DNA of 55,871 nt, from contig DHRA01000012.1 of the NCBI GenBank assembly GCA_002411145.1, positions 39,883 through 95,753 of the forward strand. Direction: 5' to 3'. Source of the stretch: Firmicutes bacterium UBA5324. Its GTDB lineage: Bacteria > Bacillota > Negativicutes > UBA11029. Positions 12,078 through 21,997 of the stretch are shown in pieces. Each line of letters begins with the position of its first letter. Position 1 is the stretch's first letter. The position numbers and the translations under genes are program-made. The notes below the pieces were generated by a model. It saw nothing but the letters and a program-made list of their open reading frames with translations, was not told the DNA's origin and did not search any database.

Positions 12078-12105
12078 GGCAAGGAGTAGCTTGCCCTATT
12101 TTTTC
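12075..12105 (+). terminator. Intrinsic terminator after ddl
   Basis: TAGGGCAA / TTGCCCTA stem plus T-run. The stem includes the ddl stop codon. Confidence 0.75.
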
Positions 12106-12205
12106 TTTGTTTTTTTAACTCATAGCGCTGTTCTTGTCATCTGACGGGGGCGTGAATCTGTGATAAACTTTACATAGTATGTTGACTAAAAAAAGGAGAA
12201 TGATC

Positions 12206-12670
12206 ATGCGCAAAATAATTATGTTATGTTTGACGTTGGCATTAACGGCAGGGTTAATTGCCGGATGCGGCGGCGGGGGAAAAGGCATGCAGAGATTGAC
12301 CGGCCTGTCGCCGGAGCAGGTTGTCGCTACTTTCCAGGACTTGGCCAAGCATCAGAAATATACAGAAGCGGCTTTATATGTTTCCCCGGTTTCTTTGGCG
12401 TCGCTTAGTGTAAGTAATTTTCTGAAGGATGATTTGGGCTTGAGTAATGTTGCGTCCTCCAATCTTTTGTCCGTCAGGCAGCTTGGGCAGAGCGGTGATT
12501 TTGCAGTGGTGCTGGCGACCCTGCAGGATGGTGTGAATACCTCTAATATTTCCGTGAAGGTAATAGGGCTGGAGAGGATAAAGGGCGAATGGTATATTGT
12601 CGATAACGATACCATTGCCCGGGAGGCAAAATATCGCTTACTGCAAGATTTAATCAGCAACGTTTTGTAG
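12206..12670 (+). CDS. Putative lipoprotein, unknown function
   Basis: Signal peptide MRKIIMLCLTLALTAGLIAGC with lipobox IAGC. ATG 12206 sits 7 nt after AGGAG; the ORF-track start is 12179. Confidence 0.6.
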   Translation: MRKIIMLCLTLALTAGLIAGCGGGGKGMQRLTGLSPEQVVATFQDLAKHQKYTEAALYVSPVSLASLSVSNFLKDDLGLSNVASSNLLSVRQLGQSGDFAVVLATLQDGVNTSNISVKVIGLERIKGEWYIVDNDTIAREAKYRLLQDLISNVL

Positions 12671-12680
12671 GATTTTTAAA

Positions 12681-12720
12681 AAAACTCTCGAATTGGATAA
12701 TACACCAGTTCGAGAGTTTT
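12681..12720. terminator. Bidirectional-looking intrinsic terminator
   Basis: AAAACTCTCGAA / TTCGAGAGTTTT 12-bp stem flanked by an A-run and a T-run. Confidence 0.75.
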
Positions 12721-12857
12721 TATCATACAAATTAGGTAACACCCACTTCTATAAGTGGGTGTTACCTTGCTGACTTCTTCAGGTGGAGTAGAGTCTTTAC
12801 CTGAAGCCCCGAAGTCTGGCAAAGCCAGACGAGTTCACTAGAGAGCAGGTTGAGCGG

Positions 12858-13313
12858 ATGGATAACAGCGAGTTGCAGCAATTGGTTGAAACGGTTTCGG
12901 AGCAGTGGTTTCAGAAACCCTTTTTGCATACAGCCATCTTTAATGCCCGTCTGCGTACGACCGCAGGGCGTTATATATACGGACCGCACAGAATAGAAAT
13001 CAATCCCCGTTATCATGTTTTACACGGTCCCGCGGAATTGATCAGTACGATAAAACATGAACTTTGCCACTATCATTTAGCCCGGGGGAAACGCCCCTTT
13101 AAGCATAGTTCGCCGGAATTCAAGCTTTTATTGGCGAAAGTGGGGGCGGACCTTTACGCATTACCCAGTCCGGAGTTGGCGAATATGCGGCACTGTGTGT
13201 ATTCCTATGTCTGTGCGCAATGCTGTCACGTCTATCGTCGCGCCCGCCGTATCAATACCCGGCGCTATGTCTGCGGAAAATGCCGCGGCAGGCTGCTGTT
13301 GCGGGAAAGCTGA
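12858..13313 (+). CDS. SprT-like zinc metalloprotease family protein
   Basis: HExxH motif (IKHELCHYHL) plus a C-terminal Cys-rich zinc ribbon (CAQCCH...CGKCRG). Confidence 0.7.
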   Translation: MDNSELQQLVETVSEQWFQKPFLHTAIFNARLRTTAGRYIYGPHRIEINPRYHVLHGPAELISTIKHELCHYHLARGKRPFKHSSPEFKLLLAKVGADLYALPSPELANMRHCVYSYVCAQCCHVYRRARRINTRRYVCGKCRGRLLLRES

Positions 13314-13348
13314 ACAAACCCCGGGGGAGTGCGAAATGGACCGGGCTG

Positions 13349-13774
13349 TCAGGATTTGAGAAATGCGATACCGGCGACAATTAAGACGGCGCCGGTAATT
13401 TTAGACCAGGTCATGCTTTCACCGAACAGTAACACGGCCAGGAGAACCGTGAGCAGCGGGAAAGAACCCGTCAGCGGCACGATGCGGGATGCCTCGCCGA
13501 ATTTTAAAGCATAGAAATAGGCCAGATGGCCCAATAGACCGGCGAAAATACCCGCTATCCCCACAAATATCAGGGAACGAAGGTCGGCCTGAAACAATTC
13601 CGGCAAACGCCCGGCCCCCAGGAGATAAAGAAACAGGCAAAGCGAAATCGCGAAGCTGCGTAGGGTAATGGCAATGGTGGGATCAAGTTTGATCAGACCC
13701 AGCTTTTCCAGGATGGGTGCGCTCCCCCACAAAACAATCGTCACGAAGGCGAAGAAATATGCTTGGATGGCCAC
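13349..13774 (-). CDS. Small EamA/DMT-family membrane transporter (single EamA domain)
   Basis: 141 aa, 4-5 hydrophobic helices, EamA-like pattern (VLWGSAPILEK ... LLFGE). GTG start behind GGAGG. Confidence 0.6.
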   Translation of the reverse strand: MAIQAYFFAFVTIVLWGSAPILEKLGLIKLDPTIAITLRSFAISLCLFLYLLGAGRLPELFQADLRSLIFVGIAGIFAGLLGHLAYFYALKFGEASRIVPLTGSFPLLTVLLAVLLFGESMTWSKITGAVLIVAGIAFLKS

Positions 13775-13968
13775 ACTAAATACCTCCTAAAAGTTATACG
13801 GGAGTATGGTTAACGTCATGGTGCCGTAACAGAGGCTCTTTGTTTTAGGCGGCTTCAAAAGCAAGAAGCCCACGCTAACGTTTTTTTTATTCGTATAGGA
13901 AAGATATCCATGGGGAAGGGAATTCCAACTCCCCATTCCCCATTCCCGAAAGCCGCGCAGCGGTTTTT

Positions 13969-15741
13969 TTAATTTCCCCGGCCGGCAATTTCGGTAATGG
14001 CTTCGTCCGGCGTCACATAGAGGGTGTGCTGCTGTTCGTAAATAACGAAGCCGGGTTTGGCCCCGGAGGGCTTATGCACATGCTTGCGCAGCGTATAGTC
14101 GACCGGCACCTGTGAGGAGAAACGGGATTTACTGAAATATGCCGCCAGTTTAGCCGCCATTTCCAGTGCAGCTTGAGAAGGCTCCCCGGTTTGCATCCGG
14201 AGGATAACATGGGAACCGGGGATATCTTTGGTATGCAGCCAGATATCCTGATTACGGGCCAGTTTAAAGGTTACGTAATCGTTCTGTTTATTATTTTTGC
14301 CCACGTATATTTCGCTCCCGTCGGGGGCGGTGAAGCGTAACGGTTTAACAGCAGGAGCCGCCGCACGTTTTTGGGGTTTGCCGGTCGGTGCAGGCGGGGG
14401 GAGATAGCTTTGTTCCGTCAGTTCAAAGCGGATCTCCTGGAGATCGGACTTGCTTAATGCATCCTCCAACTGGAGCAACACGGTTTCCAGATACTCAATC
14501 TCCCTGTCCGTTTCTGCGATTTGCTGTTCAAGAATGTCTATGCTGCGTTTGGCTTTGGCATACCGGTGGTAATAATGCTGGGCGTTTTCCACCGGGGAAA
14601 GCTTTGGATCAAGACTGATCGTTATTTCTTGCTGTGCGGGGTCGTAGTAGTTTTGCACGGTAATCTCCCTTTGCCCCTTGCGGATTAAGCCGATATTGGC
14701 TGTGAGCAGATCACCGAGAAGTTTTAGCTCTGCGGCTTGACGCGCCGTGGCTAATTCACTCCGCTGCAGCTGTAATTTTCGCTCAGCCCGCTGGCTTTCA
14801 TTGCGCAGCAGTTTGCGCAAGGCATCCTTTCCCGGAATTGATCTGATCCGTTCGGCCCGAAAAAAGACGTCCATTGCCTGGGCCATGGAAGGATAATGCC
14901 GGTGTTCCGTATCAGGATACTGCAGCAGATCATAACAGGCAAAATCGATGACCCCACCCCCGTGGGGAGGAAAGATGACCGTGGGCTGATAATGATGCTG
15001 CTGCAGACAGGACATGAATTGGAGAAAAACAGCGGCAAGCCGCTCCTGTTGCGCGGGGTTTAAAGAGCGGGCCGTAGTCTCCGGGGGAAGTCCGGCGCGG
15101 GCGATAATTTCCCGGGCCGTACCCGGTCCCAGCCCCATGAAGGACTGGACAAGCAAATGGGCGATTTTTTGCTGCGCATCGGCGGTAACCAAGGCGGAAA
15201 GCACCCTTTCCCGGCAGGCTGTAAAAGGGTTGTCTTTTGCCTGGAAAGGCGGGGCCACGTACCGGCGGCCCGGCAATAATTCCCGATGACGATTGAGCGA
15301 TCCGGGAATGCGATGCAACGCATCCAGCATCAGCAGCTGATTGTCAAGGAGTATGACGTTGCTGTGCCTGCCCATTATTTCCACCACCAGGGTGCGGGCC
15401 GTAACGCCTCCCTCCTCACTCCAGTTTTCCACGCTCAGGTGTACCGTTCTATCCAGTCCCTGCTGTGCGATGGCGGCAATCCGTCCACCCTCCAGATACT
15501 TGCGCAGCAGCATGCAGAAAGCCGGCGGGGCAGCGGGATTTTCCGGCGCTAAATCCGTCAAATGCATCCGGGCTTGCTGCGGGTCGCCGTTTATGAGCAG
15601 CTGCAAATTTTTTCCGGGCACCCGGATAAGCAGGATAATAGTCTGGCGGTCAGGCTGAAAAACCTTGTCTATCCGCCCTCCAACCAATTGCCTATGTAAT
15701 TCGTATACAACGGAATTTAACACGATACCGTCCAGTGCCAT
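13969..15741 (-). CDS. rqcH: Ribosome quality-control factor RqcH (NFACT / fibronectin-binding protein A family)
   Basis: 590 aa. NFACT-N start MALDGIVLNSVVYELHRQLVGGRIDKV, a coiled-coil middle region, and a C-terminal DUF814-like IWLHTKDIPGSHVIL. Confidence 0.85.
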   Translation of the reverse strand: MALDGIVLNSVVYELHRQLVGGRIDKVFQPDRQTIILLIRVPGKNLQLLINGDPQQARMHLTDLAPENPAAPPAFCMLLRKYLEGGRIAAIAQQGLDRTVHLSVENWSEEGGVTARTLVVEIMGRHSNVILLDNQLLMLDALHRIPGSLNRHRELLPGRRYVAPPFQAKDNPFTACRERVLSALVTADAQQKIAHLLVQSFMGLGPGTAREIIARAGLPPETTARSLNPAQQERLAAVFLQFMSCLQQHHYQPTVIFPPHGGGVIDFACYDLLQYPDTEHRHYPSMAQAMDVFFRAERIRSIPGKDALRKLLRNESQRAERKLQLQRSELATARQAAELKLLGDLLTANIGLIRKGQREITVQNYYDPAQQEITISLDPKLSPVENAQHYYHRYAKAKRSIDILEQQIAETDREIEYLETVLLQLEDALSKSDLQEIRFELTEQSYLPPPAPTGKPQKRAAAPAVKPLRFTAPDGSEIYVGKNNKQNDYVTFKLARNQDIWLHTKDIPGSHVILRMQTGEPSQAALEMAAKLAAYFSKSRFSSQVPVDYTLRKHVHKPSGAKPGFVIYEQQHTLYVTPDEAITEIAGRGN

Positions 15742-15900
15742 GCAACAGCCTCCCTCGGGATTTCTTGATTTAGTATATCACATCCGGGGAACCGGACACT
15801 AGGGAACTCAAAGCGCAGGCACAGTTATTTGGTATGATTTCCCTGCACGGTGAATAAAATTAATTTGACGATGAATATATTTTATCCGTGGGGTGAGAGA

Positions 15901-18648
15901 ATGGAAGAGAACTGGCATGCGCTGGACAAAGATTCGGTGATTAGCCTGCTCAAAACGGATCAGTTTGCAGGACTGTCCGCCCATGAGTTTCAAAGCAGGC
16001 TGGCTGCTTTGGGGTATAACGAACTGGTGGAGAAACAAAAAACGCCCCTTTGGAAAATGCTGCTTACCCAGTTTCAGGATTTCATGGTACTCGTGCTGCT
16101 TGGCGCCACGCTTGTGTCGGCTTTTTTAGGAGAATACAGTGATGCGGTTACCATTATGGCCATTGTTGTGGTCAATGCCATATTGGGCTTCGTGCAGGAG
16201 TACCGGGCGGAAAAATCCCTCGAGGCATTAAAACAGTTAACGGCGCCTTTTTCCCGGGTCATACGCGGCGGCATAGAGCAAAAGGTGCCGGCCCGGGAAC
16301 TTGTGCCCGGCGATATTATTGTCATTGAAGCCGGTGACCGGCTGCCGGCGGACGGGCGGCTGATTGAGGCGGTAAACCTGGAAATAGAAGAGGCCGCTTT
16401 AACCGGTGAGTCGGTGCCTGTGCGGAAGACAGCAGACAGGGTTTACACGTGGGATACCGGTTTGGGTGATCAGAAGAACATGGTTTTTGTGGGTACCAGT
16501 GTAACCCGGGGCAGGGGTCTCGCGGTCCTTACCGCCACCGGCATGGGCACGGAAATGGGCCGGATCGCGGGCATGATTCAAGCGGCGGAAGAACAGGATA
16601 CGCCGCTGCAGCGCCGCCTGGATCAACTGGGCAAATATCTGGTGTGGGGCTGCCTGGGTGTTTGTGGAGTTGTGGTCTTAACCGGTATTGTCCGGGGGGA
16701 GTCCATTTTTTTGATGGCCATGTCCGGCATTAGTCTGGCGGTGGCAGCGATCCCGGAAGGATTACCGGCCATTGTAACGGTGGCGCTGGCATTGGGCGTG
16801 CAAAGAATGATTAAACGCAATGCCATTGTCCGCAAATTACCCGCGGTGGAGACTTTGGGGTGTACCACGGTGATCTGCTCCGATAAAACGGGCACCCTGA
16901 CGCAAAATGAAATGACGGTGCGGAAAATATTTACCTCTGCCGGTGTGGTCTGCCTTTCGGGAAGCGGCTATGATCCCCGGGGGCAATTTTTGCGGGGCAA
17001 GCAGGAGTTCAATCCGCGCGGGGATAAAGCCCTGTACTGGACGCTGCTGATTGGCACCCTTTGCAATAACAGTAAAGTGGCGCAAGACGGCAGCTCCCTG
17101 GCCGGTTTATGGCGCAAGGCCACAGGGAAGCAGGCGCCGCAATGGTCGGTCCATGGCGACCCCACGGAAGGGGCGCTGGCGGTGGCCGGTGCCAAAGCAA
17201 ATTTATGGCGGGAACAATTGGAGAAAGAGCAGATACGCATCGCGGAGAACCCCTTCGAATCTGAGCGAAAATGCATGTCCGTCGTGTATAAAAATTTGGC
17301 GGGAAGCAAAACAGCCTATGTGAAGGGCGCGCCTGACACCATTGTAAATTTGTGCAGTTATCTATTCATCGAGGGTAAAGAAATTCCCCTGCATGATCAA
17401 TGGAAAGAGAAAATACTGGCGGCAAACGATGAAATGGCCAGTGAGGCCTTGCGCGTATTGGGCATGGCCTATAAACGCATGCCGGATAACCGGACGGATT
17501 TCAGTGCGGAAGAGGTGGAGCGCGGCTTGACCTTCGTGGGACTGGCGGGGATGATCGATCCGCCCAGGGAGGAAGTTAAACAGGCCATTGCGGTATGTAG
17601 GAAAGCGGGCATTAAGACCGTGATGATTACCGGCGACCACCGGAATACGGCGCTGGCCATTGCCCGGGAACTTAACATGGCGGAAGAAGCAGGAAAAGCC
17701 CTTTCCGGGGCAGAATTAGAGCAGTTAAGTGATGCGGAACTGGGAAAAACCATCGCTAAGGTTTCTGTTTTTGCGCGGGTTTCACCTACGCATAAACTGC
17801 GGATTGTCCGGGCGTTGAAACAAGCCGGGCATATTGTGGCCATGACCGGGGACGGGGTGAACGATGCGCCCGCCGTTAAGGAAGCGGATATTGGGATTGC
17901 CATGGGCAAAACCGGCACGGAAGTAACAAAAGAGGCCTCGGCCATGGTTTTGGCCGACGATAATTTCGCGACCATTGTGGCGGCGGTGGAAGAGGGACGG
18001 GGCATTTATGATAATATCAGGAAATTTATCCGTTACTTGCTGGCCTGTAATATCGGGGAAGTACTCACGATGTTCATCGCTACGCTGGCAGGTTTGCCGA
18101 TTCCCATTCTGCCGATTCAAATCCTGTGGGTAAACCTGGTGACTGACGGGTTGCCGGCCATGGCGCTGGGAGTGGAACCGATTGATGCAGACATCATGTG
18201 CCGTACGCCGCGTCATCCCCGGGAAAGTGTGTTCTCCCGCGGTTTAAAGCGAAAAATAATTTGGCGGGGAGTACAAATCGGTCTTAGCACGGTGGGGGTT
18301 TTTCTGGCTGCGCTGTACACGCGGGATAACATGGACCTGGCCCGGACCATGGCTTTTACCACCCTGGTGGTTTCCCAATTGATGTATGTTTTTGACTGTA
18401 AATCGGAAATTCGCAGTATTTTTGAAACGAACATTTGCAATAATATGTACTTGATAGCGGCGGTGTGCTGTTCCTTATCGATGCAGCTCATGGTTATCTA
18501 CATACCTTTTTTGCAGGTCTGTTTCAACACGGTGCCGTTGGATTTTGCGGACTGGGCAATTGTTTTGCTGGTTTCCGGCTGGACCTTTATCACGGGATAC
18601 GCCCGCCGTCTGTTGGGCGGCCACACCTGCAAAATGTCCTATCGGTAA
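15901..18648 (+). CDS. Calcium-translocating P-type ATPase (SERCA/PMCA-like, P2A type)
   Basis: CSDKTGTLT phosphorylation site, IPEGLPA, TGDGVNDAPA and 10-TM architecture. Start taken at ATG 15901 behind GGGGTGAG; the ORF-track start is 15850. Confidence 0.85.
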   Translation: MEENWHALDKDSVISLLKTDQFAGLSAHEFQSRLAALGYNELVEKQKTPLWKMLLTQFQDFMVLVLLGATLVSAFLGEYSDAVTIMAIVVVNAILGFVQEYRAEKSLEALKQLTAPFSRVIRGGIEQKVPARELVPGDIIVIEAGDRLPADGRLIEAVNLEIEEAALTGESVPVRKTADRVYTWDTGLGDQKNMVFVGTSVTRGRGLAVLTATGMGTEMGRIAGMIQAAEEQDTPLQRRLDQLGKYLVWGCLGVCGVVVLTGIVRGESIFLMAMSGISLAVAAIPEGLPAIVTVALALGVQRMIKRNAIVRKLPAVETLGCTTVICSDKTGTLTQNEMTVRKIFTSAGVVCLSGSGYDPRGQFLRGKQEFNPRGDKALYWTLLIGTLCNNSKVAQDGSSLAGLWRKATGKQAPQWSVHGDPTEGALAVAGAKANLWREQLEKEQIRIAENPFESERKCMSVVYKNLAGSKTAYVKGAPDTIVNLCSYLFIEGKEIPLHDQWKEKILAANDEMASEALRVLGMAYKRMPDNRTDFSAEEVERGLTFVGLAGMIDPPREEVKQAIAVCRKAGIKTVMITGDHRNTALAIARELNMAEEAGKALSGAELEQLSDAELGKTIAKVSVFARVSPTHKLRIVRALKQAGHIVAMTGDGVNDAPAVKEADIGIAMGKTGTEVTKEASAMVLADDNFATIVAAVEEGRGIYDNIRKFIRYLLACNIGEVLTMFIATLAGLPIPILPIQILWVNLVTDGLPAMALGVEPIDADIMCRTPRHPRESVFSRGLKRKIIWRGVQIGLSTVGVFLAALYTRDNMDLARTMAFTTLVVSQLMYVFDCKSEIRSIFETNICNNMYLIAAVCCSLSMQLMVIYIPFLQVCFNTVPLDFADWAIVLLVSGWTFITGYARRLLGGHTCKMSYR

Positions 18649-18717
18649 ACATAGTTTAAGAGGCAACGGTTTGCGCGGCGGGCATTCAGACGCAGCGCAC
18701 GGCCGGGAGGAGGGATT

Positions 18718-19566
18718 ATGCTGCAATTTACAAAGGTGCAGGGACTGGGAAATGATTTTGTAATAGTTGACGGTACTACGGAACAGATAAATGATTATGC
18801 CGCAGCGGCTGTTAAACTATGCGACCGGCATTTTGGGATCGGTGCCGACGGTTTGGTAGTGGTATTGCCTTCGGAAACCGCGGATTTTCGCATGCGCATA
18901 TTTAATTCCGACGGCAGTGAAGCGGAAATGTGCGGCAATGTGACCCGCTGTTTCGCAAAATATCTCTATGAGCACGGACTGACGACAAAAACGAGGATGA
19001 CCATCGAAACGCTCGCCGGCATCATTGGGCCGGAATTAAAGTTTGATCAGGCGGGCAAAGTGTCCGCTGTGCGGGTGGATATGGGGAAACCAAGGCTGAA
19101 ACGGGCGGAAATACCGATGCACGGACCGGCGGAAGATCAGGTAATTAATGAATCCCTGACCGTTAACGGCGAAGAGTATTTTATAACCTGTGTTTCCATG
19201 GGAAATCCCCACTGTATTATTTTTGTCCAGGATGTGGCGGCGCTGCCCCTGGAAAAAATCGGACCCGCCATCGAAACCCATCCGGCTTTTCCCCGCAAAA
19301 TAAATGTCGAATTTATTCAGGTGCTGAATGACCAGGAAATGATCATGCGCGTCTGGGAAAGGGGCGCGGGGGTCACTTTGGCCTGTGGTACGGGGGCTTC
19401 CGCCGCCTTGGCAGCCGCTGTACTGAACGGGAAAACCGGGCCGCAGGCCACAATCCACCTTGACGGCGGTGATTTACTGCTCGAATGGAACAGGGAGAGC
19501 GGCCATATCTTTAAGACCGGACCGGCGGAAGAAGTATTTACGGGTATTTACCCAGGCAATTTATAG
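18718..19566 (+). CDS. dapF: Diaminopimelate epimerase
   Basis: [14 protein letters not shown] start. Two catalytic Cys contexts, EMCGN and ACGTGA. Confidence 0.92.
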   Translation: MLQFTKVQGLGNDFVIVDGTTEQINDYAAAAVKLCDRHFGIGADGLVVVLPSETADFRMRIFNSDGSEAEMCGNVTRCFAKYLYEHGLTTKTRMTIETLAGIIGPELKFDQAGKVSAVRVDMGKPRLKRAEIPMHGPAEDQVINESLTVNGEEYFITCVSMGNPHCIIFVQDVAALPLEKIGPAIETHPAFPRKINVEFIQVLNDQEMIMRVWERGAGVTLACGTGASAALAAAVLNGKTGPQATIHLDGGDLLLEWNRESGHIFKTGPAEEVFTGIYPGNL

Positions 19567-19570
19567 GTTG

Positions 19571-19619
19571 GACAAAAGATAAAAGCGCGACTTTTCCAGA
19601 GTCTCGCTTTTATCTTGTC
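19571..19619. terminator. Shared hairpin/terminator between convergent dapF and dapL
   Basis: GACAAAAGATAAAAGCGCGACT / AGTCTCGCTTTTATCTTGTC, an imperfect stem of about 18 bp. Confidence 0.6.
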
Positions 19620-19642
19620 AACTTTTCATATGCGGTTTTTCT

Positions 19643-20878
19643 TTATTTTATACTAAATGTGGTTTTAATCCTTTCAATGGCGGCTTCCGTGTTTTCACGG
19701 CTGCCAAAGGCGGTAAGCCGGAAATAGCCCGCGCCGGAGGGGCCAAAACCCGTACCGGGAGTGCCCACAATATTCACTTCGGAGAGCATTTTATCGAAGA
19801 AAGCCCAGGAATCCATGTTATGAGGGGTTTTCAGCCAGATATAGGGAGCATTGACCCCGCCGAAGACTTGCAGGCCGATGCTTTGCAGGCCTTCTCTGAT
19901 AATTTTGGCGTTGGTCATGTAATACTGCACGGTTTCTTTGATCTGCTGCCGTCCTTCCGGGGAATAAACCGCTTCCGCCCCCCGTTGAATAATATAGGGC
20001 ACGCCGTTGAATTTTGTGGTATGGCGTCTGTTCCAGAGACTGTTGAGGGGATGTGCTTCACCTTTGGATGTATAAGCCATCACTGTTTTCGGCACTACCG
20101 TATAGGCGCAGCGTGTGCCGGTGAACCCTGCGGTTTTAGAGAAAGAACGAAATTCAACGGCCACGTCCTTGGCCCCGGGAATTTCATAAATACTATGCGG
20201 CACGGCAGCTTCCTGAATATAAGCTTCATAGGCGGCGTCGAACAGGATGATTGACTGATTCGCCTTGGCATAATTAACCCATTTGGTAAGTTCTTCTTTG
20301 GATAAAGTTGTACCGGTCGGATTGTTGGGAACACAAAGATAAATCATGTCAACTTTTGCTTTCGGGAGTTCGGGGACAAAACCGTTTTCCGCATTACAAG
20401 GCAGGTAGACGATATTTTCATATCTTCCGTGCTGGAAAAAGCCGGTTCTGCCTGCCATGACGTTGGTATCCAGATAAACCGGATACACCGGGTCGGTAAT
20501 CGCTACCGTATTACCGGTGCCCAGAATCTCCTGAAAATTGCCCACATCGCTTTTGGAGCCGTCACTGACAAATACTTCATCAATCCCCAGCTGAACGCCG
20601 CGGGGGACAAAATCATGTTCGATAATTTTGCTTACGAGAAATTCATAACCCTGTTCCGGACCATAGCCGCGAAAGGTAGCGGCCTGGGCCATTTCATCGA
20701 CAGCCGCATGCAGGCTTTGGATGACGGCGGGCGCCAACGGTCGTGTCACGTCACCGATGCCCAGACGAATGATATCGGCGTCGGGATTTTCCTCTTTGAA
20801 TTTGGCTACTCTGCGTGCTATTTCAGCGAACAAGTAACTTCCTTGCAATTTAAGATAATTTTCATTGATAATCGCCAT
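19643..20878 (-). CDS. dapL: LL-diaminopimelate aminotransferase
   Basis: 411 aa. The N-terminus [20 protein letters not shown] and the PLP-lysine context [19 protein letters not shown] are typical of DapL. Confidence 0.85.
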   Translation of the reverse strand: MAIINENYLKLQGSYLFAEIARRVAKFKEENPDADIIRLGIGDVTRPLAPAVIQSLHAAVDEMAQAATFRGYGPEQGYEFLVSKIIEHDFVPRGVQLGIDEVFVSDGSKSDVGNFQEILGTGNTVAITDPVYPVYLDTNVMAGRTGFFQHGRYENIVYLPCNAENGFVPELPKAKVDMIYLCVPNNPTGTTLSKEELTKWVNYAKANQSIILFDAAYEAYIQEAAVPHSIYEIPGAKDVAVEFRSFSKTAGFTGTRCAYTVVPKTVMAYTSKGEAHPLNSLWNRRHTTKFNGVPYIIQRGAEAVYSPEGRQQIKETVQYYMTNAKIIREGLQSIGLQVFGGVNAPYIWLKTPHNMDSWAFFDKMLSEVNIVGTPGTGFGPSGAGYFRLTAFGSRENTEAAIERIKTTFSIK

Positions 20879-21004
20879 CTTCTAACCCCTTTTCAGAAAT
20901 GATACTGTTCTTAATTATACAATTATACAATGCTTTTCCCGATAATGGTAGTTTATCTCTAAAGTTTCCTAAACATGCGGCACGGGTTTTTTAATGGTGT
21001 ACTT

Positions 21005-21033
21005 TTGACAATAAGCGAAAAATATGCTATGAT
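21005..21033 (+). promoter_or_regulatory. Sigma-A type promoter (TTGACA-17 nt-TATGAT)
   Basis: Near-consensus hexamers with a 17-nt spacer, about 15 nt upstream of the riboswitch P1. Confidence 0.6.
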
Positions 21034-21050
21034 CCATGTAAAATATACTC

Positions 21051-21178
21051 CTAAAGGGGAGTAGCTAGCGAGACAGAGTCAACATACTGGCCGGTGCCTG
21101 GTTCTGTCGTTGGTAAAAGACCAATTAGCGAGACCTTTAGTATAGTTTGCCGCTATACTGTAAGTGTCTCCTTTTTTA
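21051..21178 (+). promoter_or_regulatory. yybP-ykoY (manganese) riboswitch with expression-platform terminator
   Basis: P1 is CUAAAGG (21051-57) paired with CCUUUAG (21134-40). Conserved AAAGGGGAGUAGC and AGCGAGACC elements are present. The terminator GAGACCTTTAGTATAG...CTATACTGTAAGTGTCTC plus T6 (21130-21178) overlaps the 3' aptamer strand. Confidence 0.8.
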
Positions 21179-21301
21179 TTGTGCGCTGCATAGTAACCTT
21201 CAGTATGGTACAAGCTTAAAATTCAGATGGAGTTAAACTCCTTCTGAATAGGTCTTAATGATGAATATTTTGCTGCTCGCTGGCGAAAAAGGAGGAAGAA
21301 G

Positions 21302-21970
21302 ATGGAGGCATTTGGGGCGTCACTGCTCTTTGTTGTGCTGGCGGAAATGGGGGATAAAACGCAATTGCTGGCCATGGCCTTCGCTACCCGGTATCGGTGG
21401 CGGACGGTTATGTGGGGCGTATTTGCGGCCACCGTACTTAATCACCTGTTTGCCGTGGTTCTCGGCGCGTACATTACCCGGTTTATTCCCTTGAGTTATG
21501 TGCAAATTATGGCCGCGGTTTCATTTATTGTTTTTGGTCTGTGGACGATCCGGGGTGACCAATTGACCTGTGAGGATCGGGAGCGCTGCATGAGTCCCTT
21601 CTGGACAGTGGCCACGGCCTTTTTTCTTGCGGAAATGGGGGACAAAACCCAACTTGCGACGATGACTTTGGCGGCGAAATATGCTGCGATTGTGCCGGTG
21701 TGGCTGGGCACTACCACCGGCATGATGATTGCCGATGCGCTCGGCATTATCATCGGCGTGGTGCTGGGCAAACAAATCCCGGAGCGCGCGGTGAAATGGG
21801 TGGCGGCGCTGATTTTTATCTTCTTTGGCTTGTATGGCCTCTATGCCGTCTTGCCGGAGGACATAATCACCTTGCCTGTGGCCGGAGCGGTGCTTGCTTT
21901 TATCGGGTTATTGATGTATCTTGTTGCTAAATGGGGAAATGGGGGAAAACCCGACGGAGAATGGGAATAA
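21302..21970 (+). CDS. UPF0016 / GDT1 (TMEM165) family cation (Mn2+/Ca2+) transporter
   Basis: Two copies of the signature E-x-G-D-K-T (LAEMGDKTQLLAM and LAEMGDKTQLATM) in a two-repeat, 6-TM layout. Confidence 0.8.
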   Translation: MEAFGASLLFVVLAEMGDKTQLLAMAFATRYRWRTVMWGVFAATVLNHLFAVVLGAYITRFIPLSYVQIMAAVSFIVFGLWTIRGDQLTCEDRERCMSPFWTVATAFFLAEMGDKTQLATMTLAAKYAAIVPVWLGTTTGMMIADALGIIIGVVLGKQIPERAVKWVAALIFIFFGLYGLYAVLPEDIITLPVAGAVLAFIGLLMYLVAKWGNGGKPDGEWE

Positions 21971-21997
21971 AAGGGGAGTACGATAGGGGGTGAACCC

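Noticed and set aside
13940-13968. Plus-strand terminator-like CCGC-GCA-GCGG followed by T7, next to the rqcH stop
   Set aside because: No plus-strand gene ends nearby and the stem is only 4 bp. It is probably fortuitous, or part of the minus-strand 3' region.
20879-21000. Lysine riboswitch upstream of dapL (minus strand)
   Set aside because: I looked for the L-box core and found only an AT-rich promoter-like region with duplicated TTGTATAA. No conserved helices were recognisable.
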